Part shown: positions 7,506 through 16,292 of the stretch, piece by piece
Layout of the letters: each line of letters starts with the position of its first letter
Numbering within the stretch: position 1 is the first letter of the stretch
Source of the DNA: Armatimonadota bacterium
Lineage (GTDB): Bacteria; Armatimonadota; SYMT01
Reading direction: 5' to 3'
Assembly: GCA_046292385.1 (NCBI GenBank)
Contig: JBKBRF010000055.1
Coordinates: 22,582-40,828, forward strand
Length of the DNA stretch: 18,247 bases
The notes under the pieces: model-generated
The model's input: the letters and a program-made list of their open reading frames with translations, nothing else
What the model was told of the DNA's origin: nothing
Database searches by the model: none
Made by a program: the position numbers and the translations under genes

Positions 7506-9434
7506 TCAGTCCGAATCCCGCTTCCTCTCCCTCCGCATCCGCCACCGCTCGTCGAAGTAGCCGGCGGCGGCTACCTCCGCGCGCTCGGCGCCCGGGCGCA
7601 GCACCGCCCAGTCCGGCAGCTTGGGCGTCAGGTAGGCGTTGCTCGCCAGCAGGTCGCGGCGCTGCCAGGTGTGGCCGCTGTTGATCACCACGTACCGCTC
7701 GGGGTTCAGCGGGTTCGGGAAGACGAGCACCGGCACGTGCTCCGGCGAGTAGCGGACCCCGTTCACGCGCAGGCCCTTTCGGGTCCAGTCGATCGGAAGG
7801 TCCGGGAGGATCTTCTTGATCAGCGCGTTGGAGCCGGGATCGCCGAAGAGCACCAGGTTCGACTCCTTCCAGTCGAGCCAGAAGGCGTCGCGGTCGTCCT
7901 TCACCTGCACCTCGCCGCGGAAGCCGAACCGGAAGTCGTCCTGGAAGCGGAGCAGCTCGCGGTCGGCGTACTCCTGCACCTGCCGGTGCCACGGCGTGCC
8001 GGTGCCGCGGACCGCCAGGAAGCGGGCGGTGAAGGCGTCGTCGATCGGGCCCTGGAGGCCCGGCCGCTTGCGGAGCCCGTCCGGCAGGCTCTCGGTGAAG
8101 CTCCAGTCCCGGCCGCTCTTGCGGGCGCGGAACGTCTTCCCCTCCGGCACACGCACGCGCCGGCCGTCGATCTCCGCGCGCTTCACGCGCTCGGGAAGCG
8201 GGTCGAGGGTGAGGGCGGCGACGTTTTCCGTCGTCACCACCACCCGGTCGCCCTCGATCCGGGCCGCCACGCGGGCGCGGCGGTAGTGCTCCTCCAGCGC
8301 GTCGAGCGTCACCCAGTCGCACTGGGGGTACTTCAGCGTCCAGGTGGTGAAGTCGACCGCCGCCGGCGCCGGGTGGTTCCGGTGGGAGGCGAGCTGGCGC
8401 TTGATCTCCCGCAGGCTCTCCGGGTGGTAGCGGTGCTCCGTATCCGGCCCGACGATCAGGTTGAGCGAAAGCCCCTCGGCCTCCGCCAGCTCCTTGATGT
8501 TGAGCGCGGCCTGGAGCTGCGGGTCCTTGTCGCCGCCGTAGGCGATGAACGGCACGTTGACCAGGTTGCGGGCGTAGTCGACCGCGTCGTAGATGTGCCA
8601 CGCCTGCTCCTGGTAGCGCGGCTGCGGCTCGGTGAGCTTCAGGTACCGGCGGGTGTCCGAGAAGCCGGCGCCGGGGCTGACGGCCGACCACCGGCCCGGG
8701 TGGTGGAGGCCGAGGTGCCACGCGCCGTGCCCGCCCATGGAGAAGCCGCGGAGCATGATGCGGCTGGGGTCGACCGGATACTGCTTCAGGAAGTCGTCGA
8801 GCGCCTCGAAGACGTCGGTCTCGCCGGACCAGCGCCAGCCATTGTTGCCGCGGCCGAACGGGTGCAGCTCCAGGTGCGGCTGCTCCGGCGCCCGCGCGGC
8901 GCTGCTGCCCGGGGCCGGCTCGTTCTCCTGCAGGAACGTCACCTCGGTCGGGCCGCGCCCGTGCAGGAAGATCTCCACCGGGTACGGCTCCGCACGCTGC
9001 GGGTCGAACCCGGCGGGGAGCACCACCCCGTACGGCTGCACCGTACCGTCGATCTTGCTCACGAAGCCGCGCAGGCTGCGTCCCGGCCGCTCCGCCCACG
9101 GGGTGCGGCCGCTCTCCAGCTCCGCGCAGCGCGCGAGGCCGATCTCCAGCCCCCGCCGCACGGTGGCGACGTGCCCGCGGTTGACGTAGAGGTCGAGCCG
9201 GTCCGCCAGCTCCGCCGTCCGGAGGAAGACGGAGGCGTCCGGCCGGCGCGCCGCCTCCGGGGAGAGCCGCTTCAGCCGGGCGGTCAGCTCCGCCTTCAAC
9301 CCGTCCAGGCTCTCCCGCTCGGCTGCCGAGAGCGTATACGGCCGGGGTGGAGGCGGCTGCTGCTGGGCGAGGGCTGGCAGCACCAGCGAGACGGCGGTGA
9401 CGAGCAGCGGGACGAGCGGAGAGAAGCGGGCCAT
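7506..9434 (-). CDS. Secreted alpha/beta-hydrolase (esterase / S9-like) with an extra C-terminal domain
   Basis: Signal peptide MARFSPLVPLLVTAVSLVLPALA, oxyanion motif FLHGRG, nucleophile elbow RGFSMGG, candidate Asp (GGDKD) and His (PDTEHRY). Confidence 0.82.
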   Translation of the reverse strand: MARFSPLVPLLVTAVSLVLPALAQQQPPPPRPYTLSAAERESLDGLKAELTARLKRLSPEAARRPDASVFLRTAELADRLDLYVNRGHVATVRRGLEIGLARCAELESGRTPWAERPGRSLRGFVSKIDGTVQPYGVVLPAGFDPQRAEPYPVEIFLHGRGPTEVTFLQENEPAPGSSAARAPEQPHLELHPFGRGNNGWRWSGETDVFEALDDFLKQYPVDPSRIMLRGFSMGGHGAWHLGLHHPGRWSAVSPGAGFSDTRRYLKLTEPQPRYQEQAWHIYDAVDYARNLVNVPFIAYGGDKDPQLQAALNIKELAEAEGLSLNLIVGPDTEHRYHPESLREIKRQLASHRNHPAPAAVDFTTWTLKYPQCDWVTLDALEEHYRRARVAARIEGDRVVVTTENVAALTLDPLPERVKRAEIDGRRVRVPEGKTFRARKSGRDWSFTESLPDGLRKRPGLQGPIDDAFTARFLAVRGTGTPWHRQVQEYADRELLRFQDDFRFGFRGEVQVKDDRDAFWLDWKESNLVLFGDPGSNALIKKILPDLPIDWTRKGLRVNGVRYSPEHVPVLVFPNPLNPERYVVINSGHTWQRRDLLASNAYLTPKLPDWAVLRPGAERAEVAAAGYFDERWRMRRERKRDSD

Positions 9435-9600
9435 GGAGAGCTCCCGGGGCGACGGCAAAAGCCCCGGAGTTATTCGCAGGCAGCCCTCAAGTTTCCTTGC
9501 TCACCGGGGTCTCGCCTCCTCGTCCGGCTCTGCAGGGGAAGAGGCAGCGGTCCGGCGAACCATGAGGCGTGGATCACTCTGTCCTCTCCCGGAGCTCCCG

Positions 9601-11001
9601 ATGAACTCGCTGGCGGCAGCCACCCTGCTCACGGCCCTGGCGCTCGTGCAGGCGCCCACCCCTCCCGTGGCGGAGGGCAACCGGCCCCCGCCGCGGCGCT
9701 TCGGTCCCTCGCCGGAGCAGCAGGCGCGGACCCGCGAGGATCATCAGCACCTGCTCGGGCTCCTCGGCATCCCGGCGCTCCGGCCGGGTCCGAGCGGCAA
9801 CCCGAACGCGCCGAATGCCGCCAACGCGGACGAGGCGAAGGTCGGAAGCTACACGTTACCGGACCCGCTCCGGTTCCAGGACGGCGGCCGGGTCACCACC
9901 CCCGCGGAGTGGGAGCGGCGGCGCGCGGAGCTGTTCGAGGAGTTCGACCGCGAGATCTACGGCCGTGTCCCGAGGCAGACCCCGAAGGTGACCTGGGAGG
10001 TGACGGAGACGGTGAAGTCGACCGTCGGCGCCATTCCGGCCGTGACGAAGCGGCTGGTGGGGCACGTCGATAACTCCAGGCATCCGGCGATTACGGTCGA
10101 CATCCAGCTCACGCTCACCACGCCGGAGGCTGCGCGGGGGCCGGTGCCGGTGATCATGGAGCTCGGCTTCGTCTTCCCTCTCCGTCCGGGCGCGCCGGCC
10201 TTCGGTCCTCCGCCGGGCGCCGGGCCGGGCTGGCAGGAGCAGGTCCTGGCGAGAGGCTGGGGCTATGCGATCCTCTCCCCCACCAGCGTCCAGGCCGACC
10301 ACGGCGCGGGGCTCCGCGAGGGGATCATCGGCCTGGTCAACCAGGGCCAGCCGCGAAAGGTCGACGACTGGGGCGCGCTGCGAGCCTGGGCGTGGGGCGC
10401 CAGCCGCGCGCTCGACTACCTGGAGACGGACCGCGCCGTTGACGCGAAGCGCGTGGCGATCGAGGGCCTTTCCCGCTACGGCAAGGCAGCCCTGGTGGCG
10501 GTGGCGTACGACACCCGGTTCGCCATCGGGTTCATCGGCTCGTCCGGCGCGGGCGGCGCCAAGCTCTACCGGCGGATCTTCGGCGAGCAGGTGGAGAACC
10601 TGGCGAGCTCCGGGGAGTATCACTGGTTCGCGGGGAGCTTCGTCCGCTACGCCGGGCCGCTCACCCCGGCCGACCTGCCGGTTGACGCCCACGAGCTGAT
10701 CGCCCTCTGCGCGCCGCGCCCGGTCTTCATCAGCTGCGGCTCCCCGCAGGTGGAGGGGAACTGGGTCGATAGCCGCGGCCAGTTCCTCGCCGCGGTCGCC
10801 GCCGGCCCGGTCTACCGGCTGCTGGGCAAAAAAGACCTCGGCTCCGCCGAGATGCCGCCGCTCGAACAGGGGCTCACCACGGGCGACCTGGCGTTCCGCC
10901 AGCACAGCGGCGGCCACACCACCGGCCCCAACTGGCCCACCTTCCTGGAGTTTGCGGCGCGGTATTTCAACCCTCGGGAGGGAGGCGGTCCGGCACGGTA
11001 G
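9601..11001 (+). CDS. Carbohydrate esterase family 15 (glucuronoyl esterase-like), secreted
   Basis: Signal peptide MNSLAAATLLTALALVQA, then YTLPDPL, WGALRAWAWGASRALDYL, catalytic EGLSRYGK (Ser at 10471), SSGAGG, LPVDAHELIALCAPRP and HSGGHT. GGAG lies upstream of ATG 9601. Confidence 0.88.
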   Translation: MNSLAAATLLTALALVQAPTPPVAEGNRPPPRRFGPSPEQQARTREDHQHLLGLLGIPALRPGPSGNPNAPNAANADEAKVGSYTLPDPLRFQDGGRVTTPAEWERRRAELFEEFDREIYGRVPRQTPKVTWEVTETVKSTVGAIPAVTKRLVGHVDNSRHPAITVDIQLTLTTPEAARGPVPVIMELGFVFPLRPGAPAFGPPPGAGPGWQEQVLARGWGYAILSPTSVQADHGAGLREGIIGLVNQGQPRKVDDWGALRAWAWGASRALDYLETDRAVDAKRVAIEGLSRYGKAALVAVAYDTRFAIGFIGSSGAGGAKLYRRIFGEQVENLASSGEYHWFAGSFVRYAGPLTPADLPVDAHELIALCAPRPVFISCGSPQVEGNWVDSRGQFLAAVAAGPVYRLLGKKDLGSAEMPPLEQGLTTGDLAFRQHSGGHTTGPNWPTFLEFAARYFNPREGGGPAR

Positions 11002-11058
11002 GGTTGACTCATCGGCAGGAGGAAGTCGCTTGCGCTCCGCGCTCCCCGCCGCGGGACG

Positions 11059-11067
11059 TGGTAAACT
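11059..11067 (+). promoter_or_regulatory. Extended -10 promoter giving a probably leaderless transcript
   Basis: TGGTAAACT is followed by 6 nt and then ATG 11074. No SD sequence is present. Confidence 0.6.
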
Positions 11068-11073
11068 CGTTCG

Positions 11074-11739
11074 ATGCCATTCCCGCCCCCACGCACGATC
11101 CTCTTCGATCTCGACGGCACCCTCACCGATCCGGAAGAGGGAATCCTCGGCTGCATCGGCCACGCGCTGCGCCGGCTCGGACGGGACGTGCCGGCTCCGG
11201 AGGCGCTGCGCTGGTGCGTCGGACCGCCGCTGCAGGAGAGCTTCGCGCGCCTGCTCCGGACCGACGACCTCTCTCACGCGTGGGAGGCGGTCGGCCTCTA
11301 CCGGGAGCGCTACCGGGAGCAGGGGCTCTACGAGTGCCGCGTTTACTCCGGGGTGCCGGAGCTGCTGGCGGAGCTGCGAAGCGGCGGGCGCCGGCTGTAC
11401 GTGGCGACCTCCAAGCCGACCGTGTTCGCCGAGCGGGTGCTGGAGCACTTCCGCCTGGCGGAGCACTTCGACGGCGTCTTCGGCTGCGAGCTGGACGGCA
11501 CCCGCTCCAACAAGGGCGAGCTGATCTCGCACCTGCTCTCCGAGAGCGGGATCGACCCCGCGGGAGCGGTGATGGTCGGCGACCGGAAGCACGACGTCCT
11601 CGGCGCCGCTCGCAGCGGCGTTCCCGCGGTCGGCGTCACCTACGGCTTCGGCTCGGTCGAAGAGCTGCGGATCGCGGGCGCGGCGGCGCTGTGCGCGTCA
11701 CCTTCGGCTCTATCAGGCCTGCTCACGAACCGCCTCTGA
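11074..11739 (+). CDS. HAD-superfamily hydrolase (phosphoglycolate phosphatase / 5'-nucleotidase-like)
   Basis: Motif I FDLDGTLTD, motif II VATSK, motif III K (RSNKG) and motif IV MVGDRKHD, followed by GVTYGFG. Confidence 0.92.
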   Translation: MPFPPPRTILFDLDGTLTDPEEGILGCIGHALRRLGRDVPAPEALRWCVGPPLQESFARLLRTDDLSHAWEAVGLYRERYREQGLYECRVYSGVPELLAELRSGGRRLYVATSKPTVFAERVLEHFRLAEHFDGVFGCELDGTRSNKGELISHLLSESGIDPAGAVMVGDRKHDVLGAARSGVPAVGVTYGFGSVEELRIAGAAALCASPSALSGLLTNRL

Positions 11740-11773
11740 GGAGCGTGGGGAGCCGGAAATCGCTCCCAGCTCC
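11740..11773. terminator. GC-rich hairpin between convergent genes
   Basis: Inner stem GGGAGC (11748-11753)/GCTCCC (11762-11767) and outer stem GGAGC/GCTCC. There is no clear U-tract. Confidence 0.35.
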
Positions 11774-11791
11774 CCTCTCCGCGTACCCGCT

Positions 11792-14700
11792 TTAGCCGAT
11801 CCAGAGACCCCTCTTTTTCTTCTTCGGGTTGGCGTACGGGATCGGCACCACCGTCGAATCCGGCCGGGCGCCGTCCGCACCCGCCGTGCCCGTGTTCGGA
11901 CGCAGCGGCTTGAAGCTCTTCAGACCCTTTGCGCGGATGATCAGCAGCTTCCTGGAATTGGAGATCGGGGTGGCGGTGCTGCTGTAGAGCACCACGCGCA
12001 CGCGCCCGTTCTCCATCGGGTTGAAGGCGACCACCAGATCCTCTCGCGGGGCGCCGAGGGAGACGCTGGTGACCGAGCCGCGGCCGACGTTGAGATCGAA
12101 CGCGAGCGAGCTGATCTGCTCCTCGCCGGTGTTGAAGGCGACCTTGAACGTCGTCGCCTTCGCCGCCGTCTGGGGCGGGGCGAAGGAGCGGCCCAGGAAG
12201 AGGTTCACCAGTTTCTGCACGTCGCCGATGTCCAGCCCGCCGTTCCCGTTCAGGTCGTGGAGCGCCGGGTCGTAGGTGTCCCGGCCGAGGAAGACGTTGA
12301 CGATCTTCTGGACGTCGCCGATGTCGAGCAGTCCGTTGCCGTTCAGGTCTCCGGCGACGCCGAAGGTGACGGTGCCGGGCGTGGCCGAGGCGTTCGCGAC
12401 GTTCGACTGCGCGTCGGAGACCTGAACCCCATCCGCGGCCGTGTTCGGCAGGCGGAGGCGCACCGGGGTGGTCCCGCCGTTCGCCACCCCCTGCGACACG
12501 CGGAGCTTGACGGAGAGGATGGTGCCGCTGGACCAGGCGGAGCCGCCGCCCGGATCGTAGACCGCAAACCGGATCGTCCCGGCGGCGATCTCGTTCGTGG
12601 TCACCGCGGCGCCGGCCGGCAGCGCTCCCTTCGTCGCGCTGACGAAGGAGAGCTTCGTGCTGTCGAACACCAGGTCGAAGCCCGCGGCCGTGACGGAAGC
12701 GCCGTTCGCCGCGAACTGAAGCTGGAGCGTGGCGTCACCGCCCGCCGGCGCGCTGCCGTCCCGCAGGGCGAAAGTGGCCGGGGAAGTGTTCCCACCGGCC
12801 TCGGTAGCCGTGAAGTCGCGCCCGGTGGCGCTCGGTCCCACCGTTACGGAGCGGGTGGCGGGATCGAAAGTATAGCCGGACCGCGACGGCGTGAGAGTGT
12901 AGGTGCCGGTGGAGAGCCCGGTGAGGGTGTAGTCGCCGCTCGCGTTGGTGGTGGCACTCTTGTTCGCGCCGGCGGAGACCACCACGTCGCTCAGCCCGCC
13001 GCCGTTGAGCGTGACCCGGCCGGAGACCGAGAAGGTGGTGCCCGGCACCGCGCGCAGCGCCGCCAGCGCGTCGACGCGGCCGGAGCCGGTCTTGTCGTCC
13101 ACCCCTGCCTGCTCGATATCCTTCGTGGTGCTCTTCAGGAGCTGCTTCACCTCCGCCGGGGTCAGGCTGGGGTTGCGGGAGAGGAGCAGCGCCACGATGC
13201 CGGCGACCTTGGGCGTGGCCGACGAGGTGCCGCCGAAGTCGTGCGTGTAGTCCGGGTGGACCCCGCTGGTGTTCCCGTCGGTGTTGTAGCCGGCGGCTCC
13301 GCGGATATCGGTGGTGTAGCTCCACGGCCCCGGGGCGCAGACGTCCGGACCGTCGAGCCCGCCGTGTGCCAGGTAGCTGGAGCCGGCGAAGGCGCCGCCG
13401 TCGCTGCTGCCGACCCCCTTGTGCTCGTCCGTGGGGCTCGACATCCCGACGGAGATGACGTTGCGGAGGACCGTGTCGTTCGACCCGGAGAGGCCGGCGG
13501 GCCAGGCGATGCGGTAGGTGAACGGCGGCCGATCCGGGCCGTTTCCTCCGGCGAAGAGCACCACCCGGTTCGCCTGCAGCGCGTTCCGGATCTGGTCATC
13601 CACCGCCTGGGAGCGGGCGTCCGGGTGTCCCCAGGAGTTGGTGATCACCTTGGCGCCGTTGGCCACGGCGAGGGCGAACGCGTTGGCCGCGCCGGCGAAG
13701 GTGCTCCAGGAAATCGGCATGATCTTCACGCCGGGGGCGGTGCCGGCCACTCCGATGCCGTTGTCCTTCTTCGCCCCCACGTTGCCCGCGCAGGCGGTGC
13801 CGTGGAACGACTGGTTGTCTTTCGGACCGCCACCGGCGGCGCCGGTCTCTGCGTCGAATCCACCCACCAGGTTGAGATCGGGGTGCTGGAGATCAACGCC
13901 GTCGTCGATCACGGCGACGACGATCGAGCTGGAGACCGGCTGCTCCGCCCACGCTTCCGGCACGTTCAGGTCGTTCCCGTCGCCTCCGAGCGCGGCGAGC
14001 TGGCCGGAGTTCTTCAGCTCGTACTGGCGACCGCTGTACGGGTCGCTGCTGATCGACTCGGTATCGACGTCGGCGGTGGCGACGATCCGCACGTCATCGA
14101 GGTAGAGGCCCTCGGCGTTGAGCGAGTCATCGCTGAAGAAGTAGAATTCGGCGCGAACGTTGCTGGTCAGTAGCGGCGGCGGGACCCGCATGAGCACCCG
14201 GCGCCACCCGTTCTTCGTGGTGGGGTCGATCGTCAGGTCCCCGCTCAGCACGCCGCTGCTGTTCGGATAAAGGCCGATCAGGGTGCTCTGGATGTAGCTG
14301 CCGGAGGCGGGGTGCGCGAACCGCACGAACCCGTAGTCGTAGAACTGGCCGGATCCCGGGTCCGGGTTCTCGTACTTCGCGTAGTACCAGAACTCCAGGT
14401 AGGCCTCTTCCGCGCCGGTCAGGTTAAGTAGCGGCGAGAGAAGCCAGTTGAAGGTGTTGTGCGGGTACGGAGGGCCAAGCGGACCCTGGGTGGCGGCGTT
14501 GTAGCCGGTCATGTAGGTGGAGCGACCGCCTCCCCGGGCCCGGGTGGTGACGATCCCCGGCCGGGCGCTGGAGTATCCTTGCTCGCCGCCTACGGTCCAG
14601 CCGGCCGGATTGCTCTCGAAATCGGCGCTGACCACGGTGGTCCAGCTCGGAAGCGCGGTGCCGCGAACCGGCTCCATGCCGGCAGCGCCCGGAGCCCCCT

Positions 14701-15397
14701 GCAGCGGGCCGTCCGCCGGGCGCGGCGTCGGGTCGACCCCGGACGTCGGCGCGGCGCCCGGCATCACCTCCTGGGCGGTGGTCCGCTGCGAGATGAAGTT
14801 CGGCTCCGCATACCGGATCTTCGGGAGCGCGGAGAGGGTGCGCGCCACGCTGAAGATCCGCCCGTTCCCCGGCTGGTTGACCCGCACCAGGAAGGAGTGA
14901 TCCAGGTGCGCCGTGACGCTCACGGTGCCGCGCCGGCCGAGGAGGTACTTCCGAGCGTCCCGCAGCGAGATCGGCGCCTTGAACCCAACCAGCGCCTCGT
15001 CGGTCGGCACCAGCAGGAACTCCCCGTCCGGGAAGACCGGCTGCACCTCCTGCGCGGCGCGTGCCCCGGCCTGCAGCACGGCCGACGCCGCGGAGGGCGC
15101 TCCGCCCTTCGGCTGCGGCGGCAGCGCGTAGATGGCGTAGCCGCGCGAGCGGAATCCGGCCCGGGAGCTGAGCGCGTGCGCCTGGAGCGAGGCTTGCGCG
15201 GCGAACTGCCGGGTGGAGGCCCCCCTGTCACGGACCGCCACGAACCGCTCGCTCGGCTTCAGCGTCACCAGCGACCCGCCGTAGTAATAGCTGTACGGCG
15301 CGGGCTGCCGGCTGCGAGCCGCCTGGCCCCGCGCCTGGGTGGCGATCAGGCCGAGAGAGAGGGTGACGAGCGCGAGAAAGGCGAGCAGCGAGCGCAT
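11792..15397 (-). CDS. Secreted S8 (subtilisin-like) serine protease with an inserted beta-sandwich, carboxypeptidase-regulatory-like, cohesin and dockerin domains
   Basis: Signal peptide MRSLLAFLALVTLSLGLIATQARG and a propeptide ending near IRYAEPNF. Triad VAVIDDG (13904), FHGTACAG (13802), FGGTSSATP (13223), with oxyanion motif AGGNG. The C-terminal modules are described in the findings. Confidence 0.92.
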   Translation of the reverse strand: MRSLLAFLALVTLSLGLIATQARGQAARSRQPAPYSYYYGGSLVTLKPSERFVAVRDRGASTRQFAAQASLQAHALSSRAGFRSRGYAIYALPPQPKGGAPSAASAVLQAGARAAQEVQPVFPDGEFLLVPTDEALVGFKAPISLRDARKYLLGRRGTVSVTAHLDHSFLVRVNQPGNGRIFSVARTLSALPKIRYAEPNFISQRTTAQEVMPGAAPTSGVDPTPRPADGPLQGAPGAAGMEPVRGTALPSWTTVVSADFESNPAGWTVGGEQGYSSARPGIVTTRARGGGRSTYMTGYNAATQGPLGPPYPHNTFNWLLSPLLNLTGAEEAYLEFWYYAKYENPDPGSGQFYDYGFVRFAHPASGSYIQSTLIGLYPNSSGVLSGDLTIDPTTKNGWRRVLMRVPPPLLTSNVRAEFYFFSDDSLNAEGLYLDDVRIVATADVDTESISSDPYSGRQYELKNSGQLAALGGDGNDLNVPEAWAEQPVSSSIVVAVIDDGVDLQHPDLNLVGGFDAETGAAGGGPKDNQSFHGTACAGNVGAKKDNGIGVAGTAPGVKIMPISWSTFAGAANAFALAVANGAKVITNSWGHPDARSQAVDDQIRNALQANRVVLFAGGNGPDRPPFTYRIAWPAGLSGSNDTVLRNVISVGMSSPTDEHKGVGSSDGGAFAGSSYLAHGGLDGPDVCAPGPWSYTTDIRGAAGYNTDGNTSGVHPDYTHDFGGTSSATPKVAGIVALLLSRNPSLTPAEVKQLLKSTTKDIEQAGVDDKTGSGRVDALAALRAVPGTTFSVSGRVTLNGGGLSDVVVSAGANKSATTNASGDYTLTGLSTGTYTLTPSRSGYTFDPATRSVTVGPSATGRDFTATEAGGNTSPATFALRDGSAPAGGDATLQLQFAANGASVTAAGFDLVFDSTKLSFVSATKGALPAGAAVTTNEIAAGTIRFAVYDPGGGSAWSSGTILSVKLRVSQGVANGGTTPVRLRLPNTAADGVQVSDAQSNVANASATPGTVTFGVAGDLNGNGLLDIGDVQKIVNVFLGRDTYDPALHDLNGNGGLDIGDVQKLVNLFLGRSFAPPQTAAKATTFKVAFNTGEEQISSLAFDLNVGRGSVTSVSLGAPREDLVVAFNPMENGRVRVVLYSSTATPISNSRKLLIIRAKGLKSFKPLRPNTGTAGADGARPDSTVVPIPYANPKKKKRGLWIG
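12191..12352 (-). repeat. Dockerin duplicated Ca2+-binding repeats within the S8 gene
   Basis: GDLNGNGLLDIGDVQKIVNVFLG and HDLNGNGGLDIGDVQKLVNLFLG. The DNA copies are at 12284-12349 and 12191-12256, 93 nt apart. Confidence 0.85.
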
Positions 15398-15585
15398 GGA
15401 CGTGGAGCTCCGACGGGACACACCGCACGCCGCACGCCGCCTCGGGGCGGGAGCGGCAGCTTGATTGGCAGGCGACCTTAAGGCCGGGTTCCACGTTCCG
15501 TGAAAGCGATCCGGCAGAGGGCAGACGCGGCAGCCACCCTTAGTTGCCGCATGCCGGCCCGATGTGCAAGGGCTTTCCCGCCGGG

Positions 15586-15614
15586 GCGACACGCGGCGCC
15601 GCGTACCCTATACT
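15586..15614 (+). promoter_or_regulatory. Candidate sigma70 promoter for the 15684 gene
   Basis: GCGACA (15586-15591), 17-nt spacer, TATACT (15609-15614). Confidence 0.5.
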
Positions 15615-15683
15615 CGAAGAGGGACGCCCGGAACAGGTGTCCGAGTTGACTGCAGGCTTTCTGGAGAAACGAGGCTAGCTTCG

Positions 15684-16292
15684 ATGCGGATCCGATACCT
15701 CTTCGCCGCCGCGGCGCTCGGCGCCGCGTGCCTTCCCACCCTCGCAACTCGCGCCCTCGCGCAGCAGCCCGCTAAAGCCGCCGCGGAGAAGCCGCACCCG
15801 CTCACGCTCGGCGGCGTGACGGGTCAGGTTCCCGGCGAGTGGAAGGAGCAGCCCGCCGGTGGGCAATTCCGGATGGCGCAGTACGTGCTGCCGCGCGCCA
15901 AGGGCGACACGCGAGACGCCCAGTTCATCGTCTTCCACTTCGGCGCGGGCGGCGGCGGCTCCGTGGAGGAGAACCTGAAGCGCTGGAAGGGCATGATGCG
16001 GCAGCCGGAGGGCGGCGACGTGGAGAAGGCGGCGAAGGTCGCCCGCTCCGAGCGGAAGGGGCTGAAGCTCACCACGATGGACCTGCCCGGCACCTACCAG
16101 GAGCGCCCGTTCCCCGCCTCCCAACAGGTTACGGAGCGGCCCGGCTACCGGATGCTGGCGGCGATCGTGGAGACGACCTTCGAAGGCGGCGACGGCCCCT
16201 ACTACCTCCGCATCGTCGGCCCCGCCAAGACGGTAGAAGCCGCCAAACCCGGCTGGGACCGCCTCCTTGCTTCGCTTAAAGGACCTCTTTAA
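15684..16292 (+). CDS. Secreted conserved hypothetical protein
   Basis: GAGG upstream of ATG 15684 and signal peptide MRIRYLFAAAALGAACLPTLATRALA. Motifs PGEW, RMAQY, FHFGAGGGGSVEENLKRW and GPYYLRIVGPAKTV. Codon usage fits the host. Confidence 0.8.
   Translation: MRIRYLFAAAALGAACLPTLATRALAQQPAKAAAEKPHPLTLGGVTGQVPGEWKEQPAGGQFRMAQYVLPRAKGDTRDAQFIVFHFGAGGGGSVEENLKRWKGMMRQPEGGDVEKAAKVARSERKGLKLTTMDLPGTYQERPFPASQQVTERPGYRMLAAIVETTFEGGDGPYYLRIVGPAKTVEAAKPGWDRLLASLKGPL

Noticed and set aside
7671..10073. 800-aa + ORF, and similar long ORFs at 7474-9099, 9856-11592, 12257-14173 and 16408-17430
   Set aside because: They are antisense or off-frame shadows of well-supported genes, with low-information R/G/A/P-rich or mirror-codon composition.
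15398..15592. N-terminal extensions in the ORF track (also 3756-3857, 6634-6714, 9397-9600 and 15564-15683)
   Set aside because: Signal peptides, family N-termini and SD positions indicate later starts. The extensions cover promoter regions or neighbouring genes.
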